Source: Mytilus trossulus
Taxonomy: Eukaryota
Assembly (NCBI RefSeq): GCF_036588685.1
Contig: NC_086382.1
Span: forward strand, 72,974,001-73,038,000
Reading direction: 5' to 3'
Length of the DNA: 64,000 bases
The position numbers and the translations under genes were made by a program. Below, in pieces: positions 38,945-49,711 of this stretch (its first letter is position 1; each line of letters begins with the position of its first letter). The notes below the pieces were generated by a model. The model saw only the letters and a list, made by a program, of their open reading frames with translations, ran no database searches and had not been told where the DNA came from.

Positions 38945-40915
38945 TGTTTATATAATACTTAAGTCTTAATTTTTGACTTAAGTATGGCTTTGGCTGTTCT
39001 CAAATATTTAAGAATATTCTTAACTTTTGAGTAAAAAAAACCTGAGAATTTTTTTATGGCGGGGTATTTTGCTGAGAATAAAAAAATTGAGAAAATTCTC
39101 AGGCTGAGTAAAAAAACTGTACTCAAATAGTTTTATGGCGCCGGGGCCTGAATAACATATAATATGTCTCTGCCGCCGAGTTTTTTTCTGGCTTTGTCGC
39201 GCCAAAAACATCTTGACGTTTCTTATCTGTGACGTTGCAAAACTTGTGCCTCTCTATAGAACTGCACTTTCCCGCCGTCCATAATTTTTCCCGCGTCAAT
39301 GTAGCCGTAATTATGAAAAGGCGATGTATAAGTAATTTTACGGAAGTTATTGCTCTAAGATTGTCATAAACGATGTTTTTAATACAACATTATTTAAAAA
39401 TACAACTTTTAACCTTGAATATATATTTTTTTTATCTTTCTCGTCTTAAAATAAAGTGAAAATAATATACCAATTGCTATAATAGCTTTGAAGGTGACTT
39501 TCTTTTATCTTTGTCAAGTGAAACCCATGAAGCATTCTTAACCACCTTTAAAATACTAAAATATTTATATTATTCTCGGTTTTTTTTATTAGGTTATTGG
39601 TAAATGCTGTAAAAAAAATCTCTCAGATCATTGTATAAACGGCAAAACAACGGCACCCAATAAAAATGAAAATAAAAACAAAACGTGTACAAATTAATAA
39701 AAATAAATAAAATCTCCGAGCAGCTTCTCTATGATTCTATAACATACTTCTTGGTTTAAAGTATCAAACGTTTCAGATTAAAATTTTCATGATTTCAATA
39801 CTTGTTTCGGTAGGCGAGGAAATATTTTTTTTATATAAAAATTATTATTCTGTTGACCACTTATTTTAGAGAATACGAATGAAAAAAAAACATAGTAAAA
39901 ACGAGGGTAGAAATTCTCTAAAATGAATTTTTATTGTCTACAAGTGATCATGAATCAATAATAATTCATTTTCATTTACGATGATAAAGTACACACTGTA
40001 ATAAATTGACATACACAAAATATCTTTAAAATCTGTTAATTGATTAAATGTTCTCTTCTCAACGTTCAGTGGCAAATATTGCATGCAAATGATGCAATAT
40101 TGATCAATGTAAAGGACGTCTGAAATTCAATATACAATAAATCTATTGCTCAGTGGGTCCTACAAAGTAAAAAGATCTGTGGTGAATGTCAGAAAAAATA
40201 GGTTGCCACCTGGAAAGAATATCTATGATAGGAATAGAAATTAGTGTGTCTACTTCTAATTTAACATCCCCATTTCGAATGGAAATAAACATTTGTGTCA
40301 GTGCTTCCATGATGAAAAAGGTTTAAAACGTATTCAAATATCGTATGGCAATACAAGTACATCGGTTAAAATGTGTGTACTTTTACCAAAAAAAAGCAGA
40401 GACTTCAATTGTGGTATTTGAGCCCTAAATAAATGATTCAGTTCTTTTAAATAAAGCGTGTATGGTGTATTGTGAATAAATATTAATAATTTGCGTAATC
40501 AAGTATAACAGTTACCTTTTTTACGATTATTTATCAGGGATAAGACATTTGATTTATAGAGATATTTAGATTTATAGATGTACGAAAAAAAACCATAAAC
40601 AAATTTCTCGAAAGAATGCAACATTTAACATAAAAATGACGAACTAGATAATTAGTAACACGTTAAATAAGTTGGTATTATAGTACTAACAAGCTTATTA
40701 TCCTGTATCATTTATTGACCTACGTTTTGAGTATACTTTTAAAGCATTTTATTCAGTTTGCTACATTCCCGCCAAAATCGCCCTTTTGACGCCGTCTTTG
40801 ACGTTGTCAGTGCCCCTGAGTATTGTGACGTTACAATGGACCTTTGACGTTCTACACAATCAACAAGATTTGTGTGTAGAAGCCATAAATGTCCCTTTGG
40901 CAGCAAGAGGGTTAA

Positions 40916-41127
40916 GGCCTAAAAACATCCAGTGGACCAAGACGACTGGATACGAACTGATAGTGATTTGACATACTTAAAGGAGGGGGGCAAGGGGGTT
41001 CAAATAACAGCAAAACAGTAAATTGAAAAGGGACAAAAACAGTTAACAGTAAATGAAATCTTAATCAGTCGGGTCCAGAATACAGTAGATCTTATTATAT
41101 AACTGGTTGTATGGATCTAGCTAGGCC
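40916..41127. mobile_element. Small non-autonomous DNA element with TTAA TSD (Kolobok-like)
   Basis: TTAA at 40912-40915 and 41128-41131; imperfect TIR GGCCTAAAAACATCCA / TGGATCTAGCTAGGCC. Confidence 0.55.
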
Positions 41128-41131
41128 TTAA

Positions 41132-41206
41132 CAGAGACATATTATATGTTATTCAGGTCTCAGACAGGGTATATACTGTGACATTTCCGGCTTAGAGTTT
41201 ATATCC
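41132..41206 (-). repeat. Uninterrupted copy of the sequence into which the Harbinger dimer inserted (pairs with 13180-13232 + 39151-39172)
   Basis: The reverse complement reads GGATATAAACTCTAAGCCGGAAATGTCACAGTATATACCCTGTCTGAGAC-CTG-AATAACATATAATATGTCTCTG, i.e. left flank + a single CTG + right flank. Confidence 0.9.
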
Positions 41207-41226
41207 CCTGAGACCTGAATTACACA

Positions 41227-41669
41227 TATATTACGGATTACCCCTGACCTAATGTTATTTTCAAGTGCAGGTATTTGTTGACAACACATATATATTAAAA
41301 AACCCACGGAAAAACCCAACCTGATATGTTCGGCATACGTGAAGGATGTTCTAATTTGCTGTGAACATAATTTTATCGTGTACGTAATAATATATAATAA
41401 CACTTTTAACATTAAAAGTGTAAATTGCGTGATTTTGTAACAAACATGCATTTTTGACTGAATTACGTCAATATTTCCCTCTGTGAGCCTCTGACAGTCT
41501 GATTGCTTTTGACTTCGTCACATAGTAACCGGTGTTATGATGACGTTTTTGACGTTCCAATTGGGGATTAAAACGTCGTATATACCCCGGCAGTTTCCTG
41601 ATTATATACTGACATTTCTGTGTTGTTATCCAATCACAAACCTCGACACATTTGTAATCCGTAATATAT
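41227..41669. mobile_element. MITE-like element with short TIRs
   Basis: TATATTACGGATTAC near 41227-41241 and GTAATCCGTAATATA near 41654-41668. Confidence 0.5.
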
Positions 41670-42310
41670 ATATATGTTCACTTATTTAAAGGATATTTTG
41701 TCGAGAAATTAAATTGAAGCTGTTAAGACACATCTTTACTTGCAACAATAGTTTCTTAGCTTCACTTTTCACTATGTAAACCAGTTAAAAAGCTTTTTCA
41801 AAAAATGATAGTCATGCAGGGTTCTCTTTCTTGTTAATACAAAGAGGAGGAGTAGCCATTCTGAATGTGAAAGCTAAAAGCAAAGATGTTGTGTAATTCC
41901 AAAAGGCGATATTTCACTCACATATTCAAACAAATGATACATATACTATTTTTGTACTTTGTAAATTAGTATAAAAGGAGATGTGGTATGATTGTCAATG
42001 AGACAACTTTCCAAAAGAGACAAAGAGATTAACAACTATAACTCATCATACTGCCTTTGACTATGAGCAAACCAATACTGCATAGTCAGATATAAAAGGC
42101 TTTGAAATGACAAACGAAAAACAATTTAACAGCCTAATTTATCTACAAAACAATGAACAAAAACTAAGCAACAAATAACAATCACTGAATTACAGTCTCC
42201 TGACTTAGGACAGGCACATACAGAGTGAGACCGGGTTAAACATGTTAGCTGGTGCCAAACCCTTCCCTTACCTTGAACATTGGTGTAACAGTACAACATA
42301 AGGTTTATTA

Positions 42311-45231
42311 TAGTCCATCAGCTGGTAGGGCAAAAATTCAGTTCTGTGTTACACCCCAGGGTACCGCAATTTTTTTGTATAAATTTAAAGAGTAATATCT
42401 GAAGAATATTTTAAGAGGTGTTAGACTTTTGAAAAAGTGTCCAAAAGGGGTTAAAAGGGGACTTATTTCAGGGTATATCGAAAATTTTGTTTTGCACATT
42501 ATTACAGATAAATGTAAAAATAACCAAGTATTCAGTACTATACTTTTCATTAAATGGAACACATCATATCTTATGAAAACGCAGGCTAATTTTTAATTAA
42601 TTCTTAAATCGTAGAGGACCAAGAAAAAAGGGGGAGGGTCAATTTCCCAAAGTCATGATTTTGAATGAAAAAAAGCATACGTAATAATTTTCTTGATAAA
42701 ATGGTATATTTTTTCACATTGAAACATACAGCATAAAGTATATAAAGGCTGTTGTAAAGAAATGTAATGGTAAGAAACAAAAACATAGAATCAACGACAA
42801 ACATAAACATAAGCAAATAGAAATGCACGATTCTGTCACAAATTTATACATTACATTCATAAAATAACTCACATATTTAAACACACAAAACTGTCAGGGT
42901 TTCTAGATTTCTATATATTTTTTTAATGTAACAACCGCATTACCACATTTTAAGGACACACAGAAGGTCAATCCATAGAATCATCATCAGTGTGGTCACC
43001 TGCATCTACCGAATTATCATTATCATTTTTTCCATCATCTTCCTCGTCATCGTTAGCAATATAAACGGTTTGATAATGCTTATATCAACAAGCTTTGGAG
43101 CATTAACATACAGCTATCTGTTCAGGATAAACCTTGTTGAACACATGAATATCTTGTTTGGCACAATCAGCTTTACATGAACAGCACATCAGAATTACCA
43201 AAGCATCTAACGCTGGTGGTTGGTCTAGCAAATTGATACTGTTCAAAGCTCTCTAAACAATCCAACCATAGTTGTTTGGCAACAGACCAGTGTTGTGTTT
43301 AAGAGCAGATTTCCAAATCTTCGTCTGAAAGTTGGCTTGTTAATGTGCTTTAACATTGCATCTTTTGCATTTCAAAACGTTCTGATCTTTATTCATCGAT
43401 AATTTTATTTCGTAGCCATATATACAACGCGAAAACCTCTTGAGTGTTTTGACAACTCTTCGCCAACCTCTTCCAAGGTTTCACCAAGATGGAATAGACC
43501 TTCTGCAACTCCACATAACGTGTCAAAAAGCCGAATGCTTTTCTTTACCAGACAAAACACTTACTGAATCACAACCTGTATTGGCACGAAATCCTGGCAG
43601 TTTTCTACAAAAATTCTCACCAAATTTGCACACATTGATTGCACATTTAATAATGCATTTGAAGGATGTATTTGTCAGACTTACAATGTTAGAATTGATA
43701 TGCAACTGTGAAAAAAGTAAGCCAATACTTCCACAACAGTGTTAGGAGGTTTTTTTAACAATGGATTCGTAACCTTTGTCAGCTGCATGTTTTTTGCATT
43801 TTATTAAGAAACATTTTTTATCAGCTTCTTCCTGTTTGATTATAAGCTAAAACCATTCTACGCTATTTCATTTTCAACATATATTTTCTTTTTTAAAAAT
43901 GTAAGCAATGATTTTCTTTTTTATATTTTGAAGATATCGGTTGACTTTTGAATAAGCCGTTCCGTAATGAAAATTTCTGAGGTAAATGTTTCCTTTTCAT
44001 ACGCGTTAAGAATTCGCACATTAATTCCAAAGAAACAACAGAACCCGAGAACAAGCCATATAACTGCTAAGATGTTATAATGGAATTGGCCAGCTTTGCA
44101 GTGTCTGAAACAATTTCAAAACAACAGTTTCGTCTCGCTTCATTCGAGTTTTTATGAGTTTTTTTTGGGGGGCGGATGTTTAAGCGTTAACCATTCCTAC
44201 CAAATCTCGACATTTTAATGATATTGAAGCTCTTTATGTGCATTTAGCAACCAACGTTTATCAGAATCTTTATTTAAACTGAAACCAACAAAACCATTTT
44301 TTTGGTATCTCTAAGAAACCTAAGAAAGTAAAAAGTATTGCCAAACCCCAATACTGACTATTTGACGTTCGTTCAAAGCGATGTTTGTCGATTGAATGAC
44401 TTAACAATCTTAAGTCAATCACTTCATAGCTAAAACACAAAATATTATCAAGCACACCTTTATTGAGTTCGATAGAGTGCACCTTTTCTGAACGCAAAAA
44501 AATCACCTTAATTTGTAATTTTTTCATAAATATTTCGTTACACATTATCTTTATAAAATAATTTGTCTCATAAGAACATCATAAATCGACAATTAAATGT
44601 TTGTTTTCAGTTGCAAATTGTAATGCTTATGTGTGAATACATTATACATGTTGTATACTGAATCAAAGACGGTAATTTTATGATTTCCGGTATTTCACGA
44701 GTATTTGCACGAACATATTTTTTATCAAATAATTCATTTTTTAGACGATATATAAATACTGCAAATGATTTAAACATTGCATATTAATTAATTCTGAAGT
44801 TTAATAAACTAAAACGGGTAATTGTATGACAAATTTCTTTATGAAAGGAGAAAATATGCCCGAATTTTAACCCAAAAATTCGGATTGTTTGTAACGTAAA
44901 AAACATTATTTTTTACACAAAAAATCTTCCGAGTTACATTTAATATGATAAGTTTTGTATCTGTTTTAGTTGTTTAAACCAATACTTTATTTTTTTTAAT
45001 CGCTTTATATTAAAACAATTAATTAAAAAATAATTATTCATGATTGCGAAATGAGGGGATCATTGGAAGGTACGTTTTTAATCCTCTTTTGGACACTTTT
45101 TTTTTAGTCTAACACCTTGTATTTTATAAATAAGGTAATGAAGTTGAATTCTATCCAAAAAAATCGCGGTACCCTAGGGTGTAACACAAACTCCTTAACT
45201 AGCGCGCTTTTGAGAACTAGCTGATGGACTT
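42311..45231 (-). mobile_element. Degraded Academ-like (AcademX-type) DNA transposon
   Basis: Termini TAGTCCATCAGCT / AGCTGATGGACT(T) with TTA on both flanks. A longer imperfect inverted repeat (TGTGTTACACCCCAGGGTACCGC / GCGGTACCCTAGGGTGTAACACA). Minus-strand relic peptide LPGFRANTGCDSVSVLSGKEK resembles the XPG/FEN-like GCD motif, followed by Cys-rich and acidic remnants at ~43000-43180. Confidence 0.6.
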
Positions 45232-45728
45232 TTAGGTTCTTATTTAATCAAAGTCCTACACATTGTACCAATGATTTTTTTTGTTATAATAAATCCATAC
45301 GATAAGTTATTGTAAAAGTTATAAGTAAATTTTAGTCAGCTTTATACAAATTGTTATTTTTACAAATTATTATTGTACAAAAAAAGTGTACTAAGTCAAA
45401 ACACAAATTATAATTTGTAAGAAAAATGTGTTCTTAGTAAAACAACAAAATAAGTTTCAACTTAGTTTGTACCCATTTTTTGTACAAATTATATTTTTTA
45501 CAAAATTATACATTTAAAAACATATTCGCAGACAACGGAATTCATTACAAAGAATAATACATTTTGTAATAATGTATACTGGACTGTTTTTAAATATGTT
45601 TGATCATGCTTATGTGATGAATGTTACTGGAATCCTTCTCCAAATACGTGACTTTCATATCACCACTGTAAAGACACCTATAGTGATATAAAGAAGATGT
45701 GGTATGAGTGCCAATGAGACAACAATGG

Positions 45729-46258
45729 TAAAATTGAGAATGGAAATGGGGAATGTGTCAAAGAGACAACAACACGACCATAGAAAAAACAACAGCAGAA
45801 GGTCCCCATCAGGTCTTCAATGTAGCGAGAAATTCCCGCACCCGTAGGCGTCCTTCAGCTGGCCCCTAAACAAATATATACTAGTTCAGTGATAATGAAC
45901 GCCCTACTAATTTCCAAATTGTACACAAGAAACTAAAATGAAAAGAATACAAGATTAACAAAGGTCAGAGGCTACTGACTTGGGACAGGCGCAAAAATGC
46001 AGCAGGGTTACCCATGTTTATGAGATCTCAACCCTTCCCCTGTATCTCCAGCCAATGTAGAAAAGTAAATGCATAACAATACGTACATTTAAAATTCAAT
46101 TCAAGAGAAGTCCGAGTCTGATGTCAGAAGATGTAACCAAAGAAAATAAACAAAATGACAATAATAAATAAATAACAACAGACTACTAACAGTTAACTGA
46201 CATGCCAGCTCCAGACTTCAATTAAATTGTTAAACTGATTGAAAGATTATGATTTCAT
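45729..46258 (-). repeat. Inverted copy of the 3' tail (2689-3210) of the Penelope-like element
   Basis: Clear reverse-complement similarity throughout (e.g. AGAAGTCCGAGTCTGATGTCAGAAGATGTAACCAAAG). Confidence 0.85.
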
Positions 46259-46799
46259 GATTACATAAAAGCTTTTAGTAAATACAAAACTTAAAAATAA
46301 GGCCAATAATAATAATATTTTGATAAACATTTTAACAGCACATATCTATAGATATAAGAAAAAATTATGATATGATTGCCCACAAGAAAACTCTTCACAA
46401 GACACTAGCATAATACATAAATTAACAACTATAGATCACTGATTGACCTTCAATAATGAGCAAATCCCTTCCCACAAAAGCACACACTTTTACTCATCTT
46501 CAATAACACACATTTTATAGCATCTGCATAAACGATGGTCTCTCGGTATATTGTTTTAACGACCAATTTCAATATCCAATGTTCGACTACGTCTTTTTGT
46601 TACAAGACAGACATAATTGTTATAAGTAATATATTTTTTCAATGCAAAATGTTAATGTTATCGGTTTAGTACTGTTTCTCCCACTTTTCATTATCCTTAT
46701 TATCAAACAATTAAATAAAAAAAGTTGAAATACATTAAACTGTAATTCACCAAATAAGATAGAACGTTCACAAAGTTTGGAAAATCAGTTTCTGTTCAT

Positions 46800-47480
46800 T
46801 AAAATATAAATCGCAAAAATCGTCCGATTAATGAATGGTTAGATGGCAAATGAGAAAACGATACAAAAAGAATTCAAATTAAGCAAAAAATTTGTATACG
46901 TCACCAAACGGATACAAGAAGAATTGGAGACGTGACTGCTAAAAAATCTTTAAATTTAGTGAAGCGAAAAGTCCAGTGTAAAATTCGAATTTCAAAACAA
47001 TCCAAGGAAAATTTGATCAACCTTCAAACCAAAAAATCAATTAAAGTGTGAAGTTAACAATGACGAAATGTTCAATCATTTTGAAAATGTTCTTGAAATA
47101 AACCAACCTGAACTACTTGATGCAGTGGTAGATGGTACCAATAACCTTTTCATGAAATATAGATTTACTAGATTCAGACATATCGGAAGACGAAATTATA
47201 TAAGCACTGCAGAGACTTAAATCCGATGAAAGAACAGATAACGATAATATTGTAGGTGAAATATCTTCGCAATGTCCTGTAGTTTTCGCAAGAATTGCAA
47301 ATCCATGGTTCAATTTGATCTTTGCTATCAGAATATATCAAGGAAATTGGACTGTATACCTAGTTGTTCCAGTTCATTAAAAGTGGCGATCTTTGCGGAT
47401 CCGATTAATTTTAGACCTATCCTATTAATAAGCATTCTATGGAAGTTGTGTATTAGTATTCTAACTGGCCGTTTGTTATC
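46800..47480 (+). mobile_element. Degraded non-LTR (LINE) ORF2 fragment, region upstream of and at the start of the RT
   Basis: Relic peptides LDSDISEDEII.ALQRLK and NFRPILLISILWKLCISILTGRL (LINE RT domain 1-2 signature), with many stops. Confidence 0.6.
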
Positions 47481-47494
47481 TGCTTCTCAGAAGG

Positions 47495-48212
47495 AAAATA
47501 TATCCTACTTTGTAAAGGATCACTCTGATTCTAACAAAAGTTCTCTGAAACTGACATTATTAAGATACTTTTTTATTGACAACATATTTGTTACGTTCGG
47601 AGGACGTGTTTTTCAACAGACTGTCGGCATTCCAATGGGAACAAATTGTGTCCCTCTTCTTGCCGACTTGTTTATTAATTATGAGGCTGACGTCATACAG
47701 GAACTTCACAGGAAGAAAGATACGAAGTAAGCAATATCCTTTAACTCTACTTTCCGCTATATAGATGATGTTCTTTCACTAAATACACCAAGAGTACCAG
47801 ATGATGGAGTTGAAATCATCCTTCCGTCAATTTTACGGACGCCGTCACGAGTTGGTTGACCGTTATTGAATAACCGTTTCACAATGATATCGGATATGTC
47901 CCTTACGTCGTTACTACAATCCCTTCCCTTTCATGAATACGAACTACCGAATTAGACTATATACCGGATTTGTTATCACTTAGGCAACACGACGGGTGCC
48001 ACATGTGGAGCAGGATCTGCTTACCCTTCCGGAGCACCTGAGATCACTCCTAGTTTTTGGTAGGGTTTGTGTTGCTTATTCTTTTTTTCTATGTTCTGTC
48101 ATGTGTACTATTGTTTGTCTATTTGTCTTTTTCATTTGTAGCCATGTCGTTGTCAGTTTATTTTCGATTTATGAGTTTGACTGTTCCTATGATATCTTTC
48201 GTCCTTCTTTTA
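47495..48212 (+). mobile_element. Internally deleted 3' fragment of the Penelope-like family (RT motifs 4-5 and 3' end)
   Basis: FGGRVFQQTVGIPMGTNCVPLLADLF and FRYIDDVLSLN; similar to 51715-52700. Confidence 0.85.
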
Positions 48213-49074
48213 TAACTACTGGATCGATGTCTCTGCTGGTGGACATTTTGCCCCGAGGACATCCGCCCAGTATCAAAATTTTAATTGCAGTACATTACGA
48301 AGATGAAACAGTATACTAGCTCGGACGTCGCCCAGTATAAAAAGGTCTGAAACAGACGTCACCATGGACACGGTGTCGTCTGATATTGCAGGTGTCCCCT
48401 CATCACCAGACATCACTTATATCTCAAACATGACTCTTACAGATCATCATACTAGTGACAATGGCAATATTTCACATATACCGCTTTTATTAATTATATT
48501 TAATTTTGTACGATATTTAACGTTTGAAGTTGGATTCATAACAAACTGGACATATATATATTATAGTTAATTGCTATTAATAAGTATTGCAATATGCATT
48601 GTGTTTAAATGTAATATCAGTTTTTAGTTCTAATATAATTTTAAATCAATCCTAATTCTATCTTACTTTTGAATTATAGTTTTTCATATGTGAAGTCACG
48701 CTGTTTCTAAATTTCATAAATCAAATGTGGCGTAATGTTTGTGCCTTTTCGCCATCGTATGTGACGTCATTTTTATGATTTATAGCGTTTAGGCCTGGAC
48801 TGAGTCGGGTGTGTCTATTCTGTGTTGGTCTTCGCATTATGTATTCGGGTTTAGTTTTCTGTAATTAGTTAATACTTCAGTTTCATTATGTATATCTCTT
48901 TCATATTCATTTGATAAAATTTACTGTTTGCAATAGCATTAATTGTTCTAAATAATAAGGATGTTTTATCCCAAGCATAAAAACAACGCCGTATTTGGCA
49001 CAACCTTTTTCAACTTTTGATCTTCAGTGCTGTACAACTTTGTACTTTTTATCACTTTCGATCTTTTAGATCTG

Positions 49075-49120
49075 GGCGTCACTGGTGAGTCTTGTGTGGA
49101 CGAGGCGCGTTTTTGGCGTA
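49075..49120 (+). ncRNA. Degenerate hammerhead ribozyme motif within a repeat (~48985-49140)
   Basis: GCGTCA-CTGGTGA-GTC-TTGTGTG-GAC-GAGG-CGCGTTTTTGGCGT. Homologous to 56698-56741 but with core substitutions. Confidence 0.5.
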
Positions 49121-49711
49121 TTGAATTTTAAACCTGATGCTTTTTGTTATTTATTTATCATGTGTTTCTTTGTCTAATATGTTCTCCTATTTATTTGTAT
49201 TGTAGTCCTGTAATATTATGTTGTCATTTCAATGTTATATTTAACTTTGCCATTAAAGTGCGAGGTTTGGCATGCCACAAAACCAGGTTCAACCCACCAT
49301 TTTTATTCCCCCTTTAAAAATGTCCTGTACCAAGTCAGGAAGATGGCCATTGTTATATTATTGTTCGTTTCTGTGTATGTTGCATTTTAACGTTGTGTCG
49401 TTTGTTTTCTCTTATTTTTGAGATATTAAGATAAGACGTGGCACGGTACTTGTCTATCCCAAATTTATGTATTTGGTTTTGATGTTATATTTGTTATTCT
49501 CGTGGGATTTTGTCTGATGCTTGGTCCGTTTCTGTGTGTGTTGCGTTTCGGTGTTGTGTCGTTGTTCTTTTCTTATATTTAATGCGTTTCCCTCGGTTTT
49601 AGTTTGTTACCCCGATTTTGTTTTTTGTCCATGGATTTTTGAACAGCGGTATACTAATGTTGCCTTTATTTATACAGCCATGTTCAGTTCTCCTTAAAGA
49701 CATTTTGGATT

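Larger units (their letters stand above)
13233..39147. mobile_element. Composite inverted-dimer PIF/Harbinger DNA transposon, 25.9 kb (arms 13233-25010 and 27526-39147, unique spacer 25011-27525)
   Basis: Termini GCCCCGGCGCCATAAAACT...AGTTTTATGGCGCCGGGGC. CTG on both flanks (13230-13232 and 39148-39150). Arm ORFs are mirrored on the opposite strand (e.g. 13436+/38944-, 22826-/29540+). Carries the transposase + Myb-like gene pair typical of Harbinger. Confidence 0.95.

Noticed and set aside
13233-39147. Pure sequencing or assembly fold-back artefact
   Set aside because: The arms differ by a TSD-flanked MITE, an indel and SNPs; the symmetry ends exactly at the TIRs; and the flanks rejoin into a known empty site. 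Not fully excluded without reads.
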